A DNA stretch of 52,657 bases from Candidatus Woesearchaeota archaeon (GCA_013203345.1 JABMQF010000032.1:1-52657), one strand, 5' to 3'. Positions 1 to 9,385 are shown, numbered from the stretch's first letter. The notes: generated by a model from the letters alone, not told the origin. Numbers and translations: made by a program.

Positions 1-48
1 ATCTACATGTTTAAGCACTCTTAACTTAAGTTTTTTGCTGTATCCCAT
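1..48 (-). CDS. 5' part of a gene running off the window (MGYSKKLKLRVLKHVD...)
   Basis: ATG at 48 (minus strand) preceded by SD-like AAGGAG (55-60); open to the window edge; divergent from the radical SAM gene. Confidence 0.55.
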   Translation of the reverse strand, partial: MGYSKKLKLRVLKHVD

Positions 49-173
49 CGTATTCTCCTTTAAAACACCAAAGGATACCACTACAAGAAACTATCACCGT
101 AACATAATTACGGTTAAGAACATTTTATATGTTCACCACAAACTATAAAAGAAGCCCTATTAGGTATGTTTGC

Positions 174-2372
174 ATGGCAGAAAAAATTCCCATAGTATTT
201 GTATTCCCTCCAGGTGGGCTGTTCTCTGATTTCCAGCAGTATATAGGAATATATTATCTTATTGCGTATCTTAATAGTAAAGGTATACATTCAGAACACT
301 ACCTGTGCGACAAGCCCAAGCCTATCTCAGAAGTCGTTGATGATATCATCGCAAAGCGACCAAGGATAGTGGGCTTTTCCTGCAAAGACACTAACTATCC
401 ATTCATCAAGCTGATGAGTCAGCTCATAAAAGCCAAAGATCCGAATATCCTGATTATTGTAGGCGGGCCAGCTGTGCCTTATATCAAACGATTCATACTC
501 GAAGATTCTAAGGGGGTTGATGTGTGCATAGCATTCAATGCAGAGGAAAAGCTTGAACTCATATTCAATCGTCTGGATTCCAACAAACTTGCATCAATAG
601 ATGATATCGAAGGAATTATGCTTAAATCAAAGGGGATAATAAAAGACAATAATTCTGATTCCATGAAAGTGATGAAGGATCTTGATATCTTTCCTTCTCC
701 GTATATAAATGGAGTGCTTGACAAGAACTTAGGGGTCATAACCTCACGAGGATGCCCTTTCCGCTGCAGTTATTGCAATTATGCGACAGTGCTCAAGAAT
801 ACATTCTGTAAGCATTCTGTCAAGAGGGTTATTGATGAACTCAAGTTTCTAAATAAGATGTATCGTAGTGGGCAGGCAGAATCCAACTGGGTAAACCTTA
901 ATGACTCAATATTCAGTTTTGATATCAAAAGGGCTAAATCCCTCTGCAAAGAGATAGAAAGTAATCATTTCAATCTGCGGTTGAGCGTAACAACAAGAGC
1001 AGATTACTGTGACACAGAACTTTTAGATCTTATGAAAAAAGCTAATTTTGTAGAGATTAATTTTGGTCTGGAATCTGCTTCATTAAGGATTCTGAGGGCT
1101 ATGAAGAAACTACCTTCAAGTGATGAGGCTGACGAGGAATATAATGCAGAGAAGACATTTCTTGAACGTCTCAAGCATCTTGTAGCCCATGCTAAATCAA
1201 TAGGTATAGAGAGTGTGCAGGCTAGCGTGGTTTTTGGTTTTCCTGGCGAGACGCTCAAGGATGCCCAGATGACACTTGACTTTGTCAAAAGCCTAGAACT
1301 GGATTCATACTCTCATCATATTCTTGAGGTGTACTCTGGCAGTCCTATATACAGGGAGGGTATGCTTGACAATAGAATAGCATTTGAACCTAACAAATTC
1401 CCTCTAAGGATAAAATACCCTGAATATATCAGCAAGGTGAAGCCATTGGACAATGCTGTTGAGATAATCAATACGATGCGGTTGCGTTACCAGGGAATGT
1501 TTCTTGACTGTTTTTCTGCCCAGCAGAACCAAGAAGAGAATCCTTTTAGCGAGGTTGTCCTTCTCAACCCCTCTTGCATGTCTTCTGAATTGAAATTCAA
1601 GACATTGGAATGGATAAAAAAGTATATGACTTTCTCCTGCAGGCTTGTGGTTGTTGAAGAGATGAATTATTCTGAACAAGATGTCAAGGAATTCAAGACA
1701 CTCCTGTCTACAGTAGGTGTACCGACCTCATTCTATCTCCTAACATCCTGTGTTAATCCAAAAGGAATCTTTGCCTGTAATGACTGCAAGCCTTCAGCGT
1801 ACATCAGAATAGAGAACAATCATGAAGTTGGGGGTAGTCCTCTTAAAGATATCTGGATAAGACCATTGGATGACTGCCTTAGTAAGATGAATTCTACTAA
1901 AGACGACTCTTATTACATGACTTATCTTAAAGCAGATAGTGTGCAAGAAATAATACAGACATATTCAGATGCAAGTAAGGTAAATCAGAAATGTGCAATG
2001 GTTTATGATGAACGTCTTGTCTTTATCGACAGCTGCAGGTGGTTGGATGAGCCCTGCCCTGCCATTAAACTAAATAGGGTCATAATAGATGAGAATGGAG
2101 ACATAAGACCTTGCTTTGATTCGCCTATAGTGGGTGATGTCGGCATGTCAAAGGAACAAATAATCTCGCGGCTTAATAAGATGAATGTCTGTGATTCCAG
2201 GTCCTGCAATGAGTGTGAAGAGGAATACAACTGCTCAAAATGCATGTTCGTGGATGATTCTCTCAAAAGATTGTTTTGCAGCAGTACAGGCAAAGATATG
2301 AAAAAAATCATTTCTAAGAAGAAAAAATCTTATTTTGATGTAATAATGCCAGACTTTTTACTGAATAAATAA
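174..2372 (+). CDS. B12-binding radical SAM protein with C-terminal SPASM-like Cys-rich domain (putative peptide maturase)
   Basis: N-terminal cobalamin-binding-like region (GIYYLIAYL, IVGFS, IIVGGP); CxxxCxxC in TSRGCPFRCSYC; GLES; GFPGET; C-terminal CPA...IDENGDIRPC...CNECEEEYNCSKC. ORF opens at 129; ATG 174 preferred because TATAAAA lies at 144-150. Confidence 0.85.
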   Translation: MAEKIPIVFVFPPGGLFSDFQQYIGIYYLIAYLNSKGIHSEHYLCDKPKPISEVVDDIIAKRPRIVGFSCKDTNYPFIKLMSQLIKAKDPNILIIVGGPAVPYIKRFILEDSKGVDVCIAFNAEEKLELIFNRLDSNKLASIDDIEGIMLKSKGIIKDNNSDSMKVMKDLDIFPSPYINGVLDKNLGVITSRGCPFRCSYCNYATVLKNTFCKHSVKRVIDELKFLNKMYRSGQAESNWVNLNDSIFSFDIKRAKSLCKEIESNHFNLRLSVTTRADYCDTELLDLMKKANFVEINFGLESASLRILRAMKKLPSSDEADEEYNAEKTFLERLKHLVAHAKSIGIESVQASVVFGFPGETLKDAQMTLDFVKSLELDSYSHHILEVYSGSPIYREGMLDNRIAFEPNKFPLRIKYPEYISKVKPLDNAVEIINTMRLRYQGMFLDCFSAQQNQEENPFSEVVLLNPSCMSSELKFKTLEWIKKYMTFSCRLVVVEEMNYSEQDVKEFKTLLSTVGVPTSFYLLTSCVNPKGIFACNDCKPSAYIRIENNHEVGGSPLKDIWIRPLDDCLSKMNSTKDDSYYMTYLKADSVQEIIQTYSDASKVNQKCAMVYDERLVFIDSCRWLDEPCPAIKLNRVIIDENGDIRPCFDSPIVGDVGMSKEQIISRLNKMNVCDSRSCNECEEEYNCSKCMFVDDSLKRLFCSSTGKDMKKIISKKKKSYFDVIMPDFLLNK

Positions 2373-2405
2373 TTCTGCTCATCACAAATCCAGATTTATA
2401 ATAAT

Positions 2406-2414
2406 AAAAAAAAA
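2406..2414 (-). terminator. Oligo-T archaeal terminator after the 59-aa peptide gene
   Basis: A9 on + strand (T9 on minus) immediately after the stop codon. Confidence 0.5.
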
Positions 2415-2594
2415 TTAGAACCTTGTATCTGCTGCAATTGACTTGTTAACATTAGGGTTCTTTTTTGTCTGTGAATTGCTAGGATGTATAATCACCTGGT
2501 GCATATTAACTCCCGATCCCCAGACAAGAAGAACTGGCTTTGATGCTTTATCAAGATTTATTATTCGCATGCTCGATTTTTTCAGTGCTGTCAT
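2415..2594 (-). CDS. Unannotated 59-aa peptide MTALKKSSMRIINLDKASKPVLLVWGSGVNMHQVIIHPSNSQTKKNPNVNKSIAADTRF (candidate precursor peptide)
   Basis: Hand translation; SD AAAGGAGGT (2602-2610) just upstream of ATG; TAA directly followed by a T9 tract; just below the 60-aa ORF cutoff. Confidence 0.7.
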   Translation of the reverse strand: MTALKKSSMRIINLDKASKPVLLVWGSGVNMHQVIIHPSNSQTKKNPNVNKSIAADTRF

Positions 2595-2708
2595 TGGTAT
2601 GACCTCCTTTTATTATTTTCATCAATTAAACTAACATTTATTTTAAATCTTTTGTTTTTGAATGTGCTATTTTGCTGTAATATGAGTATTTGCACCATTT
2701 GCTCCGCC

Positions 2709-4040
2709 TCAATCATTCCTGTCAAGCATGACTATTGTTGGGTTCACAAGATACTTATCTGCTACGCTTATCATTTGCGCGTCAGTCAAGTGATTGATTA
2801 TGCTGGCAAGGTCAGAATTGCTTAGGTCGTAATCAATTATCTCCTTGAACAATGCATCAAAATTCTCATCTTCATATACTTCTCCTGCCATCTTTATAGA
2901 CGCTTTCACAGATCTCTTAATTGTTTCTAACTCTGCTTCTGTGATTCTCTCACGACTGATCTTCTCTATCTCTTCCAATGTGAGTGTCTTAACTTCTTCT
3001 AGCTTGCCAGGTCCTGTCTGAACAGTGATTATGAATGCAGAATACAGTTTTGTTGTATGTAATTCTACCCTAGGAGAATATGCCAAACCCCCTTTTTCCT
3101 CTCTAAATAGCCTTAGCAGTCGCGTATTCAGCTGGGCTGAGACCAGCTTGAGTCTGAACAGGTCTTCAAAGCTGGCAGATGGAGAGATAAGATATCCTAT
3201 CATCAAAACAGGCGATTCAGTGTTATCATCCATCACAATCTTCTCTATTGTCAAAGGCCTTACTGGAATCTCTTCTTTACTTTTACTTTCTTCCACAACA
3301 GGCATGTCCCTACTTAGAATTCTTATGTTGTTCACCATCACTTCAGTATCAAAATTGCCTGTGATTGATACAGTCATCCTGCCTGGCCCCACATATGCCT
3401 CATGCTGCAATACCAGGTGTTCGCGCGTAATGGATGTAATATCTTCAGCAGAAGTCACCGTCCCTAAAGGTGTGTCCCTGAAAAATGTTCTTGTAAACAT
3501 ATCACCAAGTTTTGATTCAGGATAGTATTGAGATGAGTTCAACGTTTTTATGTAATTATTTTGGATAAGTTCCAGCATATCTTCAGTTAAAGAAGGGTCT
3601 TTCAATATGTCAAACAATATCTTGGCAGATTCTCCAAGATTCGCGCTGTCAGAGACCAGGCCGAATCCCTTGAAATCGTCCTGATCAATAGGATACACAT
3701 AGACACCAAGCTGCGAGAACGCATTGTTTATCTGTTCTGTATTCAAAGTTCCAGTTCCGGTTGGCATAAGATTGAAAAGCACATCATTCAAACCAGGCTT
3801 GTGTTGTTCGTCTGGGAATTCATCATAAGGCGATAACTGCACTCCAATATGCATAGCTACTCTGTCGTGTCTGTGATCCTCTTGCATGAGTATCACTAAC
3901 CCATTCTCAAGTATCACTTTCTCATACCCATTAATGGATGGCTCACGAGAAATAACTGTAGTGTGTTGTTGGTCACTACCACATCCAGCAAGAAGTGACA
4001 TGACCAGTATTATTGCAAGCAATCCTATTTTTATCTTCAT
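2709..4040 (-). CDS. M16B peptidase-like lipoprotein, catalytically inactive subunit
   Basis: LENGL..., RLFREEKGGLAYS motif; HxxEH replaced by NDVLFN; lipobox LLAGC; 4-nt overlap with partner. Confidence 0.85.
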   Translation of the reverse strand: MKIKIGLLAIILVMSLLAGCGSDQQHTTVISREPSINGYEKVILENGLVILMQEDHRHDRVAMHIGVQLSPYDEFPDEQHKPGLNDVLFNLMPTGTGTLNTEQINNAFSQLGVYVYPIDQDDFKGFGLVSDSANLGESAKILFDILKDPSLTEDMLELIQNNYIKTLNSSQYYPESKLGDMFTRTFFRDTPLGTVTSAEDITSITREHLVLQHEAYVGPGRMTVSITGNFDTEVMVNNIRILSRDMPVVEESKSKEEIPVRPLTIEKIVMDDNTESPVLMIGYLISPSASFEDLFRLKLVSAQLNTRLLRLFREEKGGLAYSPRVELHTTKLYSAFIITVQTGPGKLEEVKTLTLEEIEKISRERITEAELETIKRSVKASIKMAGEVYEDENFDALFKEIIDYDLSNSDLASIINHLTDAQMISVADKYLVNPTIVMLDRND

Positions 4041-5386
4041 TTTGGTTCTGTTATTAGCATTACGCGATTATTAAGATATGTTCCTGCAAGCCGTTTGATG
4101 TCATCAATTGAAATGCTATTTACCAGTTCAACATCACTGTATATCTGGTTCATTTCCTCTTCTTCGCGAACATCATTGTTAATGGCGTAACTCACAAGGA
4201 GTTCAGCTTCATCATCCATTGTGTAGAATCTCTGTTCCATCTGCAGTTTCATGTTATTCTTGTGCTTTTCTAGTTCTTTAATGTTAATATTCCCTGATCT
4301 CATCATATCAGCAATAGACTCAAAGCCAGACAGGATTTGTTCTTCATTTTCAGAAGAGAACATAGCTCCTACTATGATGCTGTTATCATTTTCCAGATCA
4401 TGGAGGTATGCTGCAGCGTCTAATGCTATACCACTCATCATAAAAGTTTCTGAAAGTTCTTCATTGAGAATGGATCCAAGTATCAGCAAGGCGAACTTAT
4501 CTTTTTTTGTTAGATTACCAGGAATCTTATATCCTAATTGTACGATTTCAATGCCGACATCCTGCTGGATTCTCTGCGTTTTGTTCTCCTCAGCAGGGTT
4601 CAACTGCAACCTTTGCTTCACAACCCGTGTTTGGTTATTTAATGTTTTAAAGGCGGTTTCAACCAAAGAAATTGCCTTGTCTGTGCCTATATCCCCAACT
4701 ATTGATATGTATATATTATCGGTTGTGAAAAAACGCGCATGGTAGCTGTAAAGCATATCAGGAGTTAAATTCAAAAACAGTTCAGGGTAGCCTATAGTTT
4801 CATAGACATAAGGATGATCGCCGTACAGAATGTCCATGAATCTTATGCTGGTCGCATAGAAAGGGTCATTGAGTTCAGTAAGATATTCCTCGTATATGAC
4901 CTGTTTCTCTCTGTCGAATTCCTCTTCAGTAAAAATGGGGTTTACTATCATGTCTGAGTAGGTCAGGAATACTTCCTCGAAATCCTCTGGAAGAGAACTG
5001 AAAAGAAATGTTATGTGATCTCTTGATGTGTAGGCATTGGCGTTCGAGACACCTAATGATCTAAAGTAATCAGAGAAGAACAAGCCGTGCTTTGCCTTGA
5101 TTGTCTTAAAGAACATGTGCTCCAGGGAATGAGCCATACCTCTTGTTGAGTCGTTCTCATTAACTGACCCTGCCTTGACCACAATCTGCATTACAACTTT
5201 AGGATGCCTATGGTCTTCTTTCACAATGAGAGTGATACCATTGTTAAGTTTTGCAAAAGATATAGGAGTTTCAGAATTGACAGGATGATATGTATCTTTT
5301 AGTTCAAGCACAGGTGTTTGGGTTGAATCGCACCCTGCCAGGATAAGAATGATTATGATTATAAAAAATTGTAACCTCATTTTCAT
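4037..5386 (-). CDS. M16B zinc peptidase lipoprotein, active subunit
   Basis: GMAHSLEHMFF (HxxEH), NAYTS, EKQVIYEE, HPY; lipobox ILAGC. Confidence 0.9.
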   Translation of the reverse strand: MKMRLQFFIIIIILILAGCDSTQTPVLELKDTYHPVNSETPISFAKLNNGITLIVKEDHRHPKVVMQIVVKAGSVNENDSTRGMAHSLEHMFFKTIKAKHGLFFSDYFRSLGVSNANAYTSRDHITFLFSSLPEDFEEVFLTYSDMIVNPIFTEEEFDREKQVIYEEYLTELNDPFYATSIRFMDILYGDHPYVYETIGYPELFLNLTPDMLYSYHARFFTTDNIYISIVGDIGTDKAISLVETAFKTLNNQTRVVKQRLQLNPAEENKTQRIQQDVGIEIVQLGYKIPGNLTKKDKFALLILGSILNEELSETFMMSGIALDAAAYLHDLENDNSIIVGAMFSSENEEQILSGFESIADMMRSGNINIKELEKHKNNMKLQMEQRFYTMDDEAELLVSYAINNDVREEEEMNQIYSDVELVNSISIDDIKRLAGTYLNNRVMLITEPK

Positions 5387-5551
5387 AGGTGAAATAGGAC
5401 AGGATATTTAAAACTTTATTATTTTTGTATGTGGTATGTCAGCAGGTCTGTCAATGAATGAGTGCGATCAAGTCTTAACAGACAAGGTGAAACACCCTGT
5501 CTACAAAACGAAACACACGTTTATAACAAAATTCAGTCATCATTTCTCAAC

Positions 5552-5764
5552 ATGACAACAAAATTACGGATCCAACTTTCTGACAAAGCCAAAAAAGAGC
5601 TTGAATCCCTAAAAGATAAGCTAGAAATGCACAGCATCACAGAAGTCATCAGAAGCAGTGTCTCTGTTAACAAGTTCCTCATAGAACAGAAAGAGGAAGG
5701 TAATGAGCTGATTCTAAGGAATAGGATGACTCGATGTGAAAGGATCATACTGATTCTAAAATGA
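5552..5764 (+). CDS. Ribbon-helix-helix (CopG-like) DNA-binding protein
   Basis: KLRIQLSDKAKKELESLK...SITEVIRSS pattern; ATG at 5552 within ORF 5462-5764; overlaps next gene. Confidence 0.65.
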   Translation: MTTKLRIQLSDKAKKELESLKDKLEMHSITEVIRSSVSVNKFLIEQKEEGNELILRNRMTRCERIILILK

Positions 5765-6054
5765 AAAAAATGGAACAATTCTCAAACACAAACAGAGAAT
5801 ATTCAGATATAGATGACTTTGAACCCACTCAGGCAGTTATTGAAGAATTAATAAAATCTCAACAGACAAGAAAGACAATACTGCACATAGTTACACACTC
5901 AATAGCATATATTATTCTAGTTCCGTTCGCACTGATAATCATCTACAACACACTAACCAACACAACACAACCCATCCCAACATACTTTATATCTATAGTA
6001 TCTATTGTAATTGGATTCTACTTTGGTGGAAAAGTACTACAAAAGAAATCATAA
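5761..6054 (+). CDS. Small 2-TM membrane protein
   Basis: Two hydrophobic segments ending IVIGFYFG; coupled to the RHH gene. Confidence 0.65.
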   Translation: MKKMEQFSNTNREYSDIDDFEPTQAVIEELIKSQQTRKTILHIVTHSIAYIILVPFALIIIYNTLTNTTQPIPTYFISIVSIVIGFYFGGKVLQKKS

Positions 6055-6098
6055 AAATCCGCAGAAATTACGCTATTGACAATTTCTTTTGAAAGCGA

Positions 6099-6132
6099 AT
6101 TTTAGGATGCCAAAAATTTTGTGAAATTTTTG
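6099..6132. repeat. REP-like palindrome (TTTTAGGA..CAAAAATTT-N4-AAATTTTTG)
   Basis: Inverted repeat 6111-6132 in a convergent intergenic gap; related copy at 7534-7566 in opposite orientation. Confidence 0.5.
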
Positions 6133-6140
6133 CGCATAAT

Positions 6141-6524
6141 TCAACCATACCTATCCCATTCACCAGAAACTACAACATTATAACCCTGGTTTCTAAAGTC
6201 TATCCTGAAGTTTGATATGAAGTGGTCCATCCATTTATACATGAGCATAAATCCTCTTAACTCTATGCAGAATGTTTTTTCATCAACTTGTTTGATCTCA
6301 TGAAAATCTGCATCAATAGAATATTCCTGTTTCATGTTATTGAAGTATGTGTTCATCTTCTGAGAATTAAATGCTTCAGGAAACTCTATCCACAACTGAG
6401 CTATAGCAGGATTTTTTGTGCTGACCTGTCGTTTGTTGAGCACAATTCTCTTAGTACTATCTCTAAGCTTTGCACCGTGTTTTTTCAGAAGACTCAATGC
6501 TTCTTTGTGTGTTAAATCAACCAT
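6141..6524 (-). CDS. Hypothetical protein
   Basis: 127-aa ORF with SD CAGGAG upstream; no recognised motif. Confidence 0.65.
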   Translation of the reverse strand: MVDLTHKEALSLLKKHGAKLRDSTKRIVLNKRQVSTKNPAIAQLWIEFPEAFNSQKMNTYFNNMKQEYSIDADFHEIKQVDEKTFCIELRGFMLMYKWMDHFISNFRIDFRNQGYNVVVSGEWDRYG

Positions 6525-6667
6525 TTTATCATAACTCCTGTTTATTATTAGTCAAGAGTCGTCCTAATTGATAAGTGTTCTTATATCCCTTAGCAGACCT
6601 TTATTTACCACCCTTCGATGGTAACAAAACCAAAACCTTTATAAAGCATAGCAGTATAACTCTTGTA

Positions 6668-7486
6668 ATGGTCAAATTAACGGTTTGCTCAGATATCCAT
6701 GGTGACTTAGAGTCATTAGTGCATTTTGCGAATTTCACCAAATCAAGAGGATCTGATAAAATAATCATAGCTGGCGATCTCATAACAAAGCCTTACACAA
6801 AAGAGCATCTGGATGCTTTACAGAATGGTTCCTTAGATAAAGAAAGTTTCTTAGAAAATAAAAGAATCCACGCCAGAAACACTTACACGCAAATGAAACA
6901 AATTCTTGACACAACAAACATACCTTACTCAGTAATCCCAGGTAATTATGACACTCCAGAAGATATCCACGCTGTTTTCCAGAATAATGATCTGCACAAT
7001 AACACAACTCTTTTAGGAGATCAAAAATTTGCAGGATTTGGAGGAGCTGATGCATACCCACCTCACATACATCTTCTTGTTGGTTTAAACGAGATAAATT
7101 ACAACGATGATACCATGATAACTTTATTCAATGCAGAACAACCAGATATCATAGTAACACACAACCCTCCACATGGTCTTTGTGATGACATGTTCAATGG
7201 AGCAAATGTAGGAAGTCCGTCACTAAGACAATATATCCGGGAACACCAACCAAAACTAGTAATCTGTGGCCACATCCACGAAGCAGGTCCTTTAGGTAAC
7301 AACCCTAATGGCGTCAAAGGCATAGCCAAAGAAGGCGACACATATGTTGTAAACCCAGGCAATCTGGGCATATTCCAACTGCTAAACCCACAAACCCTAA
7401 AACCAGTACAATCATTCGACAATGGCACATTCGCAGAGATAGAATACGATAACGAAGTAAAGAATGTTAGGTTTTATAGGTTGTGA
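6668..7486 (+). CDS. Icc-like metallophosphoesterase (calcineurin-like)
   Basis: SDIHG, AGD, PGNYD, THNPP, CGHIHE, NPG motifs; ATG 6668 within ORF 6575-7486. Confidence 0.9.
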   Translation: MVKLTVCSDIHGDLESLVHFANFTKSRGSDKIIIAGDLITKPYTKEHLDALQNGSLDKESFLENKRIHARNTYTQMKQILDTTNIPYSVIPGNYDTPEDIHAVFQNNDLHNNTTLLGDQKFAGFGGADAYPPHIHLLVGLNEINYNDDTMITLFNAEQPDIIVTHNPPHGLCDDMFNGANVGSPSLRQYIREHQPKLVICGHIHEAGPLGNNPNGVKGIAKEGDTYVVNPGNLGIFQLLNPQTLKPVQSFDNGTFAEIEYDNEVKNVRFYRL

Positions 7487-7533
7487 TGATTTCTTATTAG
7501 TCAAATCAAAAACCAACACCCCCAGTCAATACC

Positions 7534-7566
7534 TCAAAAATCAAAGATTTTTGATTGTCCTAAAAA
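7534..7566. repeat. REP-like palindrome TCAAAAATC-AAA-GATTTTTGA plus TCCTAAAAA
   Basis: Perfect 9-bp inverted repeat 7534-7554; resembles 6099-6132. Confidence 0.5.
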
Positions 7567-7759
7567 CGCAACAAGTTTTGATGAGACCTGCAGCATGAGC
7601 AGATAGCCACCCTATATGTATTTCTTAACTGCTGAATAATTCAGGATGCGCAGCAGCCTAAAGGCTTACAGCCCGAGGGTTGAAAGAGAACCTATTTGTG
7701 AACCACCGGCGAGCACACCAGTGGAATGACTTCATTTAACCTATCAAATTATAAAGATA

Positions 7760-9193
7760 TTATTTGTTCTTTTCAGCATCTTCGAATAATGAAGAAATCT
7801 CTTCCAAAGTTAAATAAGTCATTTTCTTTGTGTCCAGGTATTCAATACACTCTTTGGTGAATCCTGATTTGGATATTAGTAAGTATTTGAATGATCCCGA
7901 AGCATTTATGAATACTGATTTTCTGACTAAGTCTTCAACCATAGGAATATTCACAGGAGTATTTTTCCACTTCACTTCGCAAATAATTAATTCTCGGTCT
8001 TTTGTGTTATTAACGACCAAGTCAATCTCTTCTGCTTTACCATCAGAATTTTTTCCCCACCAAGGACCAATCTGATCAAAATTTATTTTCAAGTTCTTTA
8101 TTTTCTTACCATTGTATAAAATTAACAATTCTCGGACAATGTCTTCAAATTTATGACCGATAAAACTATTGATATCCTTATTGATTTTTTCTCTCAAAAG
8201 TTCCATATTACCTAACTCTATTAATGATAAATTTGAAAAGATATATTTATACCAAAAGTGAAAAAAATTATCTTCAAAAGCATACCTCGGTTTTGGTTTT
8301 TTAGAGTGGAATAAAGGGTCTCTTGTACCAATTATATGAAGAAGGTCTTTAAGATTGTTAAGATAATAATTTACGTCTTTTTGCTCAACACCTGACTGGA
8401 TGACAATCTCTTCACGTGTGCCGTTTGTTGTGGAAATTGCATGAAGTATAGAATTGTAATTTGTTTCTTTTGTCAATTCCATCATGATAAAATTTGTGGG
8501 TTCATCTCGTAAAGGTGCTGTTTTCCTTAAAACCATCTTTTCAATTATTTGTATCAATTCTTTCTGAGAATGTTTTTTGACAAACCATAAGAAATGAGGC
8601 GTTCCACCAAAAACTGAATATATTTCAATTCTCTTTTTCTCGTCCAAATCGCTGAACATATCTCGAAAATCAAGATACCTGAATGGTTTGAATGGCATTT
8701 TCCAAGTCATTCTACCATATAACGGAGCAGTCTTGTCCATAAAAATATCATACATCATGCTCATAGATGAGCCGATAGCTACAAATAGAATCTTTGACTT
8801 GCTTAGTTTATTATCCCAATAGTTCTGAAATTTGGATAGGAATTCTGGCGCATGGTCTTTTAATCGTGAAAATTCATCCATAACAAAAACAAATTTTTGT
8901 TTTGAAGCTTTTTTATATAAATATTCAAAGAAGTCTTCCCACTCAATAAATTTTTCGCGTTCACCAGTTTGATCGTAGATATCTTCAGATAGTATTCTTA
9001 ACAGTTCTTTTTTATTTGCTTTGTTAACAAAATAATAAACTGCTTCTCCATCAATTTCATTCATAAACCTCTTGATAAATTCAGTCTTTCCAAGTCTTCG
9101 TCTACCATAAATGATGCATAATTCTCCAGAATCAATCTCATCATATTTACCTGATAAATCCTTTAATTCGTTTGTTCTATCATAAAATTCCAT
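7760..9193 (-). CDS. Archaeal AAA ATPase with wHTH, DUF234 and C-terminal PD-(D/E)xK-like domain
   Basis: FYDRTNEL, Walker A GRRRLGKT, Walker B VMDEF, GGTP, DNFFHFW, EIDLV...EVKW. Confidence 0.9.
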   Translation of the reverse strand: MEFYDRTNELKDLSGKYDEIDSGELCIIYGRRRLGKTEFIKRFMNEIDGEAVYYFVNKANKKELLRILSEDIYDQTGEREKFIEWEDFFEYLYKKASKQKFVFVMDEFSRLKDHAPEFLSKFQNYWDNKLSKSKILFVAIGSSMSMMYDIFMDKTAPLYGRMTWKMPFKPFRYLDFRDMFSDLDEKKRIEIYSVFGGTPHFLWFVKKHSQKELIQIIEKMVLRKTAPLRDEPTNFIMMELTKETNYNSILHAISTTNGTREEIVIQSGVEQKDVNYYLNNLKDLLHIIGTRDPLFHSKKPKPRYAFEDNFFHFWYKYIFSNLSLIELGNMELLREKINKDINSFIGHKFEDIVRELLILYNGKKIKNLKINFDQIGPWWGKNSDGKAEEIDLVVNNTKDRELIICEVKWKNTPVNIPMVEDLVRKSVFINASGSFKYLLISKSGFTKECIEYLDTKKMTYLTLEEISSLFEDAEKNK

Positions 9194-9217
9194 TTTTTAT
9201 TACTCGTGAAAGGAAAC

Positions 9218-9385
9218 CGGATAGCGATTAGTTCATTTAGCGGAACAAGTTCCGCACATATAACGGATTAAAATCCGGTCTTTGCATTATAAAAACACCT
9301 TTCCTTTAAATACTTTTACAATTAATCCTCTAACTTGCAATAGTTTAGCGGATTAGAATCCGGTAATTGACCGGACTCTGCTCCG
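9218..9385. promoter_or_regulatory. Array of CGGA-N6-TCCG palindromes (putative operators)
   Basis: Full sites at 9241, 9264, 9349, 9372 and a half-site at 9218; 23-bp spacing within each group; upstream of the ATPase gene. Confidence 0.6.

Noticed and set aside
2443-2634. 63-aa + strand ORF in the supplied track
   Set aside because: TTG start, no SD; it is the antisense shadow of the better supported minus-strand 59-aa peptide.
7625-7740. Twister/HDV/hammerhead ribozyme, SRP RNA or SECIS
   Set aside because: Required consensus cores could not be matched by eye; kept only as an unnamed candidate ncRNA.
9218-9385. Possible mini-CRISPR array
   Set aside because: Only 4-bp arms repeat with a 23-bp period; there are no 25-40 bp direct repeats, spacers or cas genes.
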